Assembly (NCBI GenBank): GCA_964016885.1
Contig: OZ024740.1
Span: 281,852,001 to 281,916,000 of the forward strand
Reading direction: 5' to 3'
Length of the DNA: 64,000 nt
Source of the DNA: Eledone cirrhosa
Lineage: Eukaryota
Both the position numbers and the translations under genes were made by a program. Within the stretch, counting starts at the first letter, position 1. Each line of letters starts with the position of its first letter. The notes beneath the pieces were generated by a model. That model was not told the DNA's origin. It ran no database searches and was given only the letters and a program-made list of their open reading frames with translations. Below, one piece after another: positions 48,496-60,717 of this stretch.

Positions 48496-50022
48496 ATTTA
48501 GCAGAATCATTAGATTGTCTGACGATGCATTTATGAAAAAATAAAATTTCACAATTTCAGTGACACAGTCTGTAGAACTTTCTTTAACCTTTATGATACC
48601 AACACATCCAAAACTGCCCTAGTTCTATGATGACAAGCCTCATTTTATATTATTCATATTTGAATAAAAGATAAAGTCAAAGAAAAATATCTTTGTTAAG
48701 CTATGTACAAGCAGAAGGAGTCACAAGCAGTTGTATAGAAAAGGAGATGTTAGAAAATATGAATGTGGCCTTATATATGTCATGGTATGGACGTTAGAGG
48801 AATCGCTGTTTCAAGTACAACGATATGATAGTATGGTTAGTTATGTTATTAAACCCCTTCAAATTTTCTATTATTTACCAAATTGATTGAAAAACAGGTG
48901 ATGTGTTTCATTAGAAATATGGTAATGAGTGGGTTAATAATTTGGAATAAGGAGTTTTGTCACTGATAATATTCAAAAACATTATACAATTGTTTAGATA
49001 AATGCACCCAGTACACTTTGTAAGGTGGTTGGTGATAGGGAGGGCATCCAGCTGTAGAAAGCTTCCTTAGTGTTGGCGATCTACACGATAAATACACTTA
49101 GTACATGCTGTAAAGAGGTTGGTAATAGGAAGAGCATCCAGCTGTAGCAAGCTTGCCAAACAAAGGATTGGGAACATTCTCAGTTGTGTCAACGACATGC
49201 CAACCTCTCCTGTGCATTCAGTAGAATGTGAAACTGTACATGAACTTGATACCGATCAATGATCTGTCTGGGAGAACACTAGCCCTGCTTCAGTAGACTT
49301 GGTCTATGTATACCCATCCAGCTCTTGCTAGCAGTGAAAATAGACATTAAAACGATGATGATGATGATGATTTTTGTTGTTCGAATACTTAGACAAAGTG
49401 TTGATAAAGTACATGATAAAATGCACCCAGTACAATCTGTTATGTGGTTAGTATTAGGAAGAATATCTAGCCATAGAAACAATGCCAAAAATTAGAATGT
49501 ACAAGCATGATATGGTTCCAATGACCCATCTAGGAGGGTAGTAACTCCAAATAAGAATTGCCTTGGACTGAAAGAACCTCTTCAAACAATTCAAACATGG
49601 AAAACAGATGTAAAAGGATGAAGGAAGAGAAAATTGTTTATTTACTCTCGAGGCTTGAATAACTTGAATAACTCTTTAATTTTCCAGGTTTTTTATTCAA
49701 TTTTGCTAATCTAACTCCAGCAAAATTTTTCTTTATACATTAAAAAATGACCAAAAAAGTACATTACTAGAAATTCCATACATTATAAAATAAATAGGAT
49801 GTGTTTGGGTTTCAATATGTAAACTAAATGACTGATTCTGGTTTTTAAAAAAATCAATGAAGGTAACCTAAAAAAAATTACCGATTTTCAACCCCCTTCC
49901 CTGCTTATTACAACCTCCCTATTATATGGGTTCCAAGAGTAAATGATGCAGAAGGACAGCAATTTTTATATAGGAAAGGAAATACACAGTTAATTTAATA
50001 GATAAAATAGTTCAGGGCTTAC

Positions 50023-50183
50023 CTAAAGAAAGTTTTTTAATGCCATTAAAGATTGACTGATGTCTGACATTTCCTCCGACTGACACTTCCACTTTATCTA
50101 AATGATACTGGCAAATCAAATTTTCAAGTTTTTCTATATATTCTTTTGCAACAGTAACAATTATTTTCTGCACCCATGAGATT
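50023..50183 (-). CDS. CRPPA: ISPD/CRPPA paralog B, exon 2
   Basis: TTTCTAG acceptor and G|GTAAGC donor, 161 nt. Translates (R)ISWVQKIIVTVAKEYIEKLENLICQYHLDKVEVSVGGNVRHQSIFNGIKKLSL, with the GGxxRHxSIFNG motif. Confidence 0.93.
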
Positions 50184-50251
50184 CTAGAAATAGAAGCACA
50201 AAACATTATACACATACACACACACATTATATATATATATATATATATATA

Positions 50252-52748
50252 TTGAAAGTAAACCTGCTGAAAGCAACGGATGAAATCTGTGGCTGGAGCA
50301 GAGTAACTTGGTGGTGGAACAGCAAGGTAGAAGAGACAATCAAGGCCAAAAAGCAGGCTTGGAAAGTATGGCAGGATGGCGGAAGTAGAGAGCACTATCA
50401 AGTGGCCAGGAGAAAAGCTAGGAGACAAGTGTACCTTGCAAAAAGGGAAGCAGAGGATAGAAAGTTCAAGCATGTTCTACAACGTGAGGACCAAAAACGC
50501 GAGGTGTTCAGGATTGCTAGACAATGTGTCAAGGAAAACTGTGATATTGTCGGGGAGAAGTGTGTCCGTAATGATAACGGTGTACTTGCCCTCACTGATG
50601 CTTATAAGAAGATAGCCTGGAAGTGTCACTACGAGAGACTATTAAATGAAGAGAATAAGTGGGAAAAAGATAGTCTGCCCCAAATCGATCCAATAGAAGG
50701 ACCAGTGGTGCAAGTTAAAGGTAGTATAATAAGTAAGGCAATCAAAGATATGAAGATAGGCAAGGCAGCTGGGCCTTCGGAGATAGTTGCTGAGATGTTG
50801 AAGGCATCTGGAATGGTGGGACATACTATGGTCACCCGTATAGTTAACCAAGTAATACAGAATGGGGTCATACCAAAAGACTGGCGTAGCAGCAGTATCA
50901 TTAACTGCTACAAGGGTAAAGGAGATACTCTAGATAGAGGAAACTATAGAGGTTGACCAGCTCATGAAGGTCACAGAAAGAGTTATAGCGCAACTAATCA
51001 GAGAGCAAATTGATCTAGATGAAATACAGTTTGGGTTTGTGTCAGGTAAAAGTACCACAGACACTCTTTTCCTTGTACGACAACTACAAGAGAAGTACCT
51101 AGCTAAAAGTAAACCCCTATACTTAGCTTTTGTAGACCTGGAAAAAGCCTTTGACAGAGTCCCCCGCTCCATTATCTGGTGGGCTCTTAGAAAACTAGGT
51201 GTAGATGAATGGCTTGTGAGAGCTATACAAGCTATGTATAATGAAACAGTCAGTAAGGTTAGAATTAACAATGAATATTGTGAAGAATTTAGTGTAAAAG
51301 TTGGTGTTCACCAAGGCTCTGTCCTTAGCCTCCTCCTATTTATTATTGCCCTTCAGGCTATAACAGAGGAGTTCAAGACCAGCTGCCCATGGGAACTCCT
51401 ATATGCAGATGATCTAACGCTCATAGCTGAATCAATGGCTGAACTAGAAAAGAAATTCCAAACATGGAAGCATGGCCTAGAATCAAAAGGCCTTAAAGTT
51501 AACTTGTCTAAGACTAAAGTCCTAGTTTGTAGAAAGGAAAATAAGGCATAGGTACCCTCAGGGAAATGGCCTTGCTCAGTGTGTAGGAAAGGAGTAGGCA
51601 GAAATTCAATTTTATGTCCCAAATGCAAAGTATGGGTACATAAAAGATGTAGTGGGATCACAGGTAAACTATCTAAGAACGTAGACTTTATATGTGGCCG
51701 ATGCTCAGGTGCAATAGGTAGCAAGTGTCCACAGGATACTAGCCCCTTCTATTGCCCAGATGGTTCTATAGAAATAGTAGACACTTTCCATTACCTTGGT
51801 GACAAAATCAGCAGTGGGGGAGGGTGTTCTGAAAGTACAGTAGCCAGAGCCAGAACGGGATGGAAAAAGTTCAGAGAGCTTATACCGTTGTTGGCCACAA
51901 AAGGTTTCTCTCTAAAAATGAAAGACAGATTGTATGATGCTTGTATACGAACAGCAATGCTACATGGCAGTGAGACATGGGCATTGCGTGCAGAGGACCT
52001 GCGTAGACTGGAAAGGAACGAAGCATGCATGCTCCATTGGATGTATAATAGTAATATACGTGAATGGCAAAGCATAAATGAACTAAGTGAGAAATTAGGA
52101 ATAAGAGGGATCAGATGCTGTTTACTCGAGAGAAGACTACGTTGGTATGGCCACGTGATGAGCATGAAAGACGACAGCTGTAAAAAAAGTGCAGGGTGAT
52201 CAAAATTGATGGTAGTTACGGTGTAGGTAGACCCAGAAAAACCTGGGACGATCTGATAAATTCCGACCTTACACACTTGCACCTCCCTAAGACAATGTCA
52301 CTGGACCGAGATCTTTGGCGTTACGCAGTAATACAGAAGATCCGCCTTGTATTTGTACGAAGCGAAACCTACAGTCAGTAGGCAACTCTTAACCAAATAT
52401 ACACCCCAATCCACTACCCCTACCCTATCCTCACACTCCCACCAACACCACCCTCTCTCTATAAAGTTGGTACCACAACATCCAGTCCAAATAAATGAGA
52501 TCGGAAAAAACACACAGTCCACGCTGTAATGTGGCCGTGTAGGTAACACGGCAAAAAGTTCTCAGTTCCACACTGTAAATGTGGTTGGTGTTAGGAAGGG
52601 CATCCAGCCGTAGAAAACCTGCCAGATAGTCCTATATGAGCGAGACACGGTCACTTGACCAACCTTGCTTCAAGTGGGACAACTCCCGTCTAACCCATGC
52701 TAGCGTGGAAAATGGACGTTAAACGAAGATGATGATGATGATGATGAT
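50252..52748 (+). mobile_element. RTE-clade LINE, 5'-truncated and disrupted (RT + Cys/His finger + 3' UTR + (GAT)n tail)
   Basis: ORF pieces with KAAGP, NYRG, QFGF, AFVDLEKAFDRV, VHQGSVLS, YADDL, LHGSETW, GRPRKTW. Frameshifts/stops near 50955, 51550 and 52190. Inserted in a TA tract in intron 1 of paralog B. Confidence 0.95.
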
Positions 52749-53641
52749 ATATATATTGTTATGCTTTGGGAGGGTCATGTTGCAAATCACAGAGGCAATA
52801 AACATAAATGAACTCCAACCAAAATTAAATAGAAAACATGAATGAAATAGCAACATCACAACTTACAATTAAGGACAAAATGAAAACACACACACACACA
52901 TAGAACAAACAACCAACCAGTAACATGTAAATAAACAAATAAAAACACACATAGACACCCGGATGTAACACATGCGCAAACTAAGCACACAACACACACA
53001 AAAACAAGATGGCATAGGACAGAACAAAGGAGAAGCACAAAACAAAGAAAAGAATCTCCAGTCACTGAAGAGGTCACAGAATGTGTGACGAAAGAACTTT
53101 GACAATATATGAACAACCGTCCGGTTATGGAACCAACCAACCAACCGGAAATTTATAAATTCTTAAATTTATAAATTTAATTTATAATAAATTGGAGTGA
53201 AAGCAACTGGTGCGTGTGTTTCTTATTGGCAACATGACTCTCCCAAAGTATAACAATATCGGTTTCAACACACGATTTCAGATAAAGAATCTTGCTAAAC
53301 AAATTCAGAAACGAAATATATATAAATATCTATCTATCTAGGGCGGGTAAAATTCCTGAGATCCATGGACGAGTTCTCTCCAGCGGTCTCTGTTCCTCAT
53401 TATCGCTGCCATGTCCTGCGTCTCCAACTGACCAGTGTCTGTCCTTAGGAGGGCATCAACATACGTTAACCTTGGTCTTCCAGTCAATTGACTTTCGTCA
53501 ATACTATCTATCGGTCGCAACGTGAAATAAAGTGCCTTGCCCAAAGACATAACGCACCACCTGGTCCGGGAATCGCACTCACAACCTCACAATATTGAAT
53601 CCAATTCTCTAACCACTCAGCTACATACGTCCACTACATAT

Positions 53642-53689
<48 letters not shown>

Positions 53690-53776
53690 GTAGTGGAGGC
53701 GTGTAGCTGAGTGATCCCAAGGCTCTGATACCATCAACACCATAAACACAGAGCTGGCATATCTAAGAACTGACTA

Positions 53777-53839
53777 ACTGCCTGATGAGGTCATAGCCAT
53801 TCAATGGCTATCATCAAAATATATATAGCAGTAAATAAA
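53777..53839 (+). ncRNA. Degenerate minimal type-I hammerhead ribozyme motif (Penelope-like)
   Basis: ACTGC-CTGATGA-[ATAGCCA ttcaa TGGCTAT stem II]-AAAA (GAAA with G>A)-TATATATA-GCAGT, followed by AATAAA. Stem I (ACTGC/GCAGT) is perfect. Confidence 0.6.
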
Positions 53840-53959
53840 GGATTATGAGTTCATGCAATTGACCTATGTTTCGTCACTATATATTTTATATATATATATA
53901 TATGTTAGGTTATATTGGAGTTTACCAATATATATCCTGGTCAAGATTATAGAAGCTCA

Positions 53960-54430
53960 ATGCTATGAATCCTGTGTGAGGAGCGCGATGCTGCATGGTA
54001 GTGAGACATGGGCAGCAACTGCAGAGGATATGCGACCAATGGAGAGAAATGAGGCAAACATGCTCCGTTAGATGTGCAATGTCAATGTGCGTGAACGACC
54101 GAGCATGGATGTGTTGAGAGAGAGAAACTGTGTCTGAGAAGGATAGATTGTAGTGTGCAGGAGAGGAGACAGTGGTGGTATGGACATGTGATGCGCATGG
54201 AGGATGACCGATGGGTGAAGAAGTGCCAAGAAACGGCAGTTGAAGGAAGACGCAGTAGAGGTAGACCACGAAAAGCATGAGCGGAGGTGGTGAGAGCAGA
54301 CCTCAGATCGCTGAATCTCAAGGTGGAGATGATGAAGAATCGTGACAAGTGGAGAGATGCTGTGCTGAATAGGACCCATCTCACCCTTGCAAGCAGAGAA
54401 AAGCGGATGTAAAATGATGATGATGATGAA
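53960..54430 (+). mobile_element. RTE LINE 3' fragment with (GAT)n tail
   Basis: Contains YESCVRSAMLHGSETW...ERNEANMLR, then W.GHV.R and RGRPRK. Confidence 0.85.
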
Positions 54431-54848
54431 TGCTAATCAGTATCCTTGATCCAGCAGTAACCCAAAAAGGCTCAAGGAGTTTTCAACCTCTGTAGATTAT
54501 GCTATTGACTGTTATGGCACAGACTGCAGAGCTCAAAATTTAATAAATCAACCCTTTAACATTTACATTACTCTATATAAACTATTGTATTTTCACTGTA
54601 AAAGCTTTATCTTACATAATTATCTCACATAATATTGAATCTATGAGATTTTTGATATTATTCATTTTGAGAACAATACCTTAATGTCAGTATGAGTGGC
54701 CAGTTATGGCTGGTTTGAACAGAAAGAGGTGAGAGAATTCTGGCTGGATACGACCGATTTAAATGTTAAAGAGTTAAGAGTGAATAACCAATTTAGACTT
54801 ATAACATAATTTATATACATACACAAACACACCATACATACATATAGA

Positions 54849-55044
54849 CAAGGGTTGGTTGAAAAGTTCTGAGGCTGACTATGAAGGAGTAATTATAATG
54901 CGGTGAAAACTTGCATGCATTAATTTCAACTCTTCTTGTTAATAACTACACTGTTTCTTTCCAGGGACACTGTTGAAAATTAAACTTCATTTGGTTATTC
55001 CATGAGAGTAACTTGGCCAGCCTATGAATTTTTCAGCCAACCTT
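54849..55044. mobile_element. mariner-like MITE
   Basis: Imperfect TIRs AAGGGTTGGTTGAAAAGTTC / GAATTTTTCAGCCAACCTT. Confidence 0.7.
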
Positions 55045-55539
55045 TATATAAGACAAAAGATTAGAAAAAAAAAACAGATGAAAACAATACATTGCAATAA
55101 TAGTATATTTTAACAAGCATTTTGAAAATTGAATTAGAAGATCTCGTCTTAATTGTGACTAAATTAAATATTCTAATAATAACAGGGTGTATATATCTAC
55201 TGAATGGAAAAAGATGGGCACCAGCACCCATGGAGTCAAACCCATACCCCATGTTTGCTGGCCATGTGTGTACTATCTATGCCAATTAATCTAGCCATCT
55301 CCTTCTATTTTTAGGAGCTATGACTTAATAGCGACAGGCAACTTTGTGATATATTCACATAGGAAAATAGAGAGTACCAGCAATGAAAATACCAATGGAA
55401 ACATTGTTTTCTTGATCCAATTTGATGAGCTCTACTCAACTCGGTAAGCAAATGAGGTCTGGGACCTTGTCGATTGTTCCTTCCTCTTTAGTGTTACTGC
55501 AAATTAAATGTAACCAGCCAAGATCACACTATATGCAAA

Positions 55540-56640
55540 TGAGCAATAGTATCTGCATACCTGGTCCTGACTTCCTTATCCACCAATGCTTCCCACTGAA
55601 TCCTGTAGGTCACCCTGGACCTGCCCATTTTGTGGGCTTCTTTAGCTTTAGGTACTCTCAAGTGCAGGTAACTAGATGGTGATCAGTTGACAGCTCAGCA
55701 CAGAATTGTAGAGATCAGAGACAATAACAAAATCAATTATTAATCTCTGTCCCTGATTCCCCTTATACCATGTATATTTATGGATGTCTCTGTGTTGATA
55801 GAAGGTGTTTATAATAGAGAGACCATTGCGAGAACAAAAGTCTATAATTGTTTCTACTTTTGGCACAAGGCCAGCAATTACCCCAGTGTATTACTGGTAC
55901 TTTATTTTATCGACCCCATAAGGATGAAAGGCAAAGTTAACCTCGGCGGGATTTGAACTCGGTCCGTAAAAGGGAACAAAAGTCTAATAATGCCTCTCCA
56001 TTTGTATTTAGATCAGAGGCGCCATTCCTTCCAATCACTTCTTTCCATGTCAGGTGGTCAGTGCCAACATGTGCCTTGAAGTCTCCCATCAGGATATATG
56101 ACTCTGCAGTGACTTCATCTAGGATCTGTATTCGGACCCCTTGCACCACCCAAGAGGCAAATCTCTCTCCTAATGGGATCCAGTCCATAACACATTCTGA
56201 CAGCCGGGGGCTTGTGAATATCCTCGCTCTCGTCTGTGCAGTCATTTCTGGTGCCACACCTGAATAGTGGAGTTTCCATCTTCCATCCAAATCTACAGTA
56301 TAGGAACTTTGTTGAGGAAATGCCGACTATATCTAGTCAGTAGCATCTACCCTCCTCCACTATTTTCTGCTCCTTACCTGTAAATGTTATGATGTTCCAG
56401 GTTCTAATTTTCAAGGTTTGCTCCTTTCTGGACCCTCTTTGGGGTCTCAGGATACGCAATCTTTGTGCGTCTATTCCACGCCTCCCAGGACAGGTCGCAA
56501 ACCCATCGCCAGTTTTTGCGGCATTAAATGGAGACTGCAATATATTTTTCGAACAGGCCCTTCTACCTAAGGCCTGAACGCGTACCTTGTTAACCCGCGC
56601 GAAGGACGATGCGGTATGATTCTTTTTTTCTCTCACCACA
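55540..56640 (-). mobile_element. RTE-type LINE 5' part (APE endonuclease), interrupted by a SINE
   Basis: Motifs LKIRTWNI, ILMGDFKAHVG, NGEALLDFC and INTFYQH..HKYTW...IDFVIV. SINE at ~55845-55972. A related 5' segment lies at ~58380-58520. Confidence 0.8.
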
Positions 56641-57348
56641 TTGCAGTTGCGGTGGTCTTATTCACGCCAGTACCAATCTGGTACTTTGTCAAACCCACAA
56701 AGACTAGGCTTTTTTAGAGGCGGCCTTTACTTGTCTTGTCATTGGGTTCTGAGAGTTTTCTTGGGAGCTACAGGTTTCACCTATTGCTTCATTACCCTAG
56801 TAGTTTACCGCTATTCATACACAAGTTAATCATCAGTCACGGAGCGTAGACACCAGAAAACAGCATACAATATAAGTTGTTTAAATCCATATATTTACTA
56901 TTTCGAATATATCTCTGATATAGTTCCATACCTTCGATTCACGAACGTCAATCTACCTGTCCAGTAATCGCCTGTTGTGCTTAATTAACATCATTCATTA
57001 TCGAAATTGAAAGGAAATTTAGTTTGCGAAAGCACTTTATACTTCAGGATCGCCGATAAGAACCAGACCGTCATGTATTTAAAAGTTTGTTTCAGACCGC
57101 ACAGTACGCAATATACTTGCTATAAGAATATTGCTGCACGTTTAAACTTCTTGTTCCTATAGGAATGTTGTTTTAATTTGTATAAAATTATTATTCCTAC
57201 TAGAAGCAGTATTATTTTTTATATTATTCATTTTCAAAACAAAAAAGAGAAGTTAGTTTGCGAAAGTGCAACCGGTACGTTATACTTCATGATCACTCTA
57301 CGCTAGCAGGCTATTGGAAATAATTTATTATAAATCATTTTGACTTAC

Positions 57349-57500
57349 CTGTTAAACTCCTGAAGGGTATAGACAATTAACGGTTTATCTGAGATTAACC
57401 AAAACTGTTTGGGTGTGGAAACACCTGTACGAACCCCACACCCTCCAGCCGGTAGAACAACACACACATCGAAATCAACAGGAGCATTGTATTCAGACAT
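57349..57500 (-). CDS. CRPPA: ISPD/CRPPA paralog B, exon 1 (start codon)
   Basis: Translates [50 protein letters not shown], containing the IspD signature LPAGGxGxRxGxxxPKQF. Ends AG|GTAAGT (phase 2). Confidence 0.95.
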
Positions 57501-57605
57501 TACAAAATGTTTTGTTAGTGATAGATATATTTTAAAAGCGACACTGTGATTGGTTACTGTAAATTCAACCAATCAGAATTAACAATGTTCAAAGCATTAG
57601 GAAAA
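57501..57605. promoter_or_regulatory. Compact bidirectional promoter region with two inverted CCAAT boxes
   Basis: Lies between divergent ATGs. TGATTGGTT (57547-57555) and AACCAATCA (57567-57575) are exact reverse complements. Confidence 0.7.
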
Positions 57606-57720
57606 ATGGATGAAACAGCTGATGAACAATCAGATAATTTAGTTGGTAAATTTCACTTTAAAAAGTCTTCTCGGAAGCAATCTACCCGGGCGAGAAAAAG
57701 AAGTGGCAGTGATTCAGAAG
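57606..57720 (+). CDS. RNF113A: RNF113A/Cwc24-like splicing factor / E3 ligase, exon 1 (an in-frame ATG at 57585 is an alternative start)
   Basis: Translates MDETADEQSDNLVGKFHFKKSSRKQSTRARKRSGSDSE then G|GTATAC. The FxFKK...RKR + acidic/Ser pattern resembles the RNF113A N-terminus. The zinc-finger and RING exons are not in the window. Confidence 0.7.
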
Positions 57721-58682
57721 GTATACATTTGAAGTTTATTATTATTGATACAAATGAATGTATTTTGTTATTGCGTGCGTGGCGCGCTTAATTCAATCTT
57801 CTTGTTACAGCAATAAACACATTTTTCTTATGTTTTTTAAACGATTGAGACGATGCCGACTATCAACAGACTGTCGTATCAATTACCATGGCCTTTCTCA
57901 TTTTATGTAAAAATAATTCAGTAGTTGATACAGTGAATCTCGCATCAAGTCATCTGAAAGTCACGCCAAGCGATCTCTGACTGGAGGTAAAAACCAAATT
58001 TACCTCAAATAACATCCTACCGTCTTTAGAAGACGTGGATAAGGTAATAAACAATGTTACAGTCGTCAAATCAAAATAAAACACCAACAAAGCAGAATAG
58101 CAGAACATTATAAACACGAACGTCATTAAATTGAGTAAGAAACAAACAAATAATTTTTTTCTTCTATTTATACAATATATATACAAGGAGAACGCACGCC
58201 ACATTCGATGCTCTATGCATGCATCATTTCTTATTCCGGTGCTTTACAAGAACAGTTTCCCTACCCTCGAAAATTTCATTACAATCTTTTCTACCCCTTT
58301 TTTTAGTATGTTTTGAACGAATCTAACCTTCAAAACCGCAGTAAGGGTTGTCACACTCTAATTGCCAATTGTTAATGTTTGCTCCCTTCTGGATCTTTGG
58401 GGTCTTAAGATATGCAATCTTAGTGCGCCCATTACACACTTCCCAGGACAAGTCACAAGCCTACCCCAGTTTTTACAACGTTAGCTGGAAACTGATATAT
58501 TTTCGAACAGGCGCCTGAACATGCTCCTTGTTCCTCTGTATTTAGGACAATGTGGTATGTTTTTATTGCATCTGACCATAATGCAATTTTTGGTGGCCTT
58601 ATTCATGCCACTCACCAATTTGGTAATTTTCTCAGACCTGTCAAGACTAAGTTTTTTCAGAGGTGCTTTTCGTTTTCCTGTA

Positions 58683-58727
<45 letters not shown>

Positions 58728-60643
58728 CCAAGGTTTAATGCATTAATATAATCTACCTTATATATATTCAAGATAATACCATTAGATTGAACAGTGTACT
58801 GTATGCTCTTCTACAATCATAATCTATGAGCTAACAGAGAGTAATGTTGGGTATTGGCATCTTTGTTCCATGTTTTTTCTAGACAAAAAAAAATTAAAAT
58901 AAACAGTTTAAAGAATAAGGAGTTTAAATCTTAAATAGTTAAATGCTTCACTGTCTCAAAAAATCTAATACAATAGTTTTAGAAGCCACATACTCTGTTT
59001 ATGAAACAAGCCTCACAGGGGGGAATAACTCTTTATTTCTGTGACTTGCTGCGAATCATATCTGGTTTGGTTTCTTCCCATTCTCATTGCTGAGGCTCGG
59101 GAATCATGAACAATTGCACCAATGTTCATCTATCTGATGCTTTATGCTCATGATTTTCATAAGGAAAAAGTGACTTCCGTTGGACTCGAATCCTCGTCCG
59201 ACCAGTTCAATAACAGATAAAGTCTTACCTGCTACATAAGTTTTGTTTAAGGGATATATGCTCACTTTGAAGTGACATTCTTCACTTAAGTGAAAGCTAA
59301 TAAATTACTGATGGAAATTCTCAAAGGAAATGGGAAATTACTTAATATCATTTGTGGGTATTATTTGGTTCAGTGAATTTCAGGATCACTGAAAATGCTT
59401 TTAAACATACCATTTGTTAACCTCATATAACTCTAAAAGATGAATTTAGTAAAGCAAAGGTGTTAGCACAAATCGGTTTGAAAATGTTGATTATCTTAAA
59501 GACTTGTTTTCCTTTTTTGTACATATGCACAAAGAAATCTGGTAGCCATTATCTAAGTTTTGTAGTTGTATCTTTAGGTAAGTCAATTCTCCTCTTTTGG
59601 CTTTTAAAATGAGAATAACTATAAAAAACCTTTTGGAGGGAAGTTTCTTTTGTTAAGTTTGTAACATGTCTACTATAGAATAGGATGTTAATTATTCCAA
59701 GGTAAATTTTGGCCCATAATATTAAACCTTTTATTTCCATATTTTTTATAAAAGAGACTATCTAATTTTTCAAATCATTTTGAAAATAATGAATTTGGAA
59801 AGAATTTGTAATATAACTGTTTCATTAAGCTGATGTTTGGAGCACAACTTAACAAAGGTTCTTACACAAAATTATGATGGAAGGTTTTAAACACTTTAGA
59901 ATCAAGTTTTGTATCACTGAACCAGGAGTGGTTCTAGGTGGTGTGTTATCAAATGTGATTATAGTTTAGCATAGTACATTTCAAATTGTGAGTTTGGGTT
60001 AGCTCATAGGTGTAAAGGCTTTAGGTGATAATAATTTCTTCTCTGATGTGATAGTTCTAGATTTTCGATAACTTACAGTATTTATGACTAACAAGAATAG
60101 AGAGGCTAAGTCATTAAAATATTCCAACAGTAGTCTAGCTATCATCAACATCATTCTTGCATCTACTTTCCAAGTGGGCTAAGTTTGAACATGACATTAT
60201 GGTCTTAGTCAGTTCTTATTCAGAGCTACTACCTTCAAAGATGGGTTAAAAGACCATGTCTCACTTATATATTCCATTTTAGGCATGGTTTCTATGGCTA
60301 GATACCCTGCCTAATCCCAACCACTTAATGTGCTTGGTGCAGTTTATCGTAGCACTAGAGGCATTGCTATGTTCTCAGCAAGACTAAAGGGTCTTCTTGA
60401 CCCTATCATTATGTACAAATATACTATTGTAATTGAGGGGCTGAGAAAATTATTTTTTTGATTGAATATATTTTGTGACTTATCTGTTGGTTTAACATGT
60501 ATCTTTGAAAGACTAGTTCAGACAACTTGTATATAGCCTATTTTGAAATGCTTTTAGTGTGTAGTTTTTAAAGCATGCTTTCATATGTGTATACTTATAT
60601 GTTGGTATTATATTTGAAAAGTCACATTTATTTTATTTTATAG

Positions 60644-60717
60644 AAAATGAAAATGAAACCACAAAGATATTCATAAAACATAGAGGTGTTGCAAGCAAGA
60701 ATCCACTCGTTCAGTGT
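60644..60717 (+). CDS. RNF113A: RNF113A/Cwc24-like, exon 2
   Basis: TTTTATAG acceptor and GTAAGT donor, phase-compatible with exon 1. Translates (E)NENETTKIFIKHRGVASKNPLVQC, matching the conserved NP(M/L)xQxT motif. Confidence 0.7.

Noticed and set aside
57546-57605. Longer N-terminal extensions suggested by the ORF track for both divergent genes
   Set aside because: They start at GTG/TTG inside the CCAAT dyad. The first ATGs (57500 -, 57585/57606 +) are more plausible.
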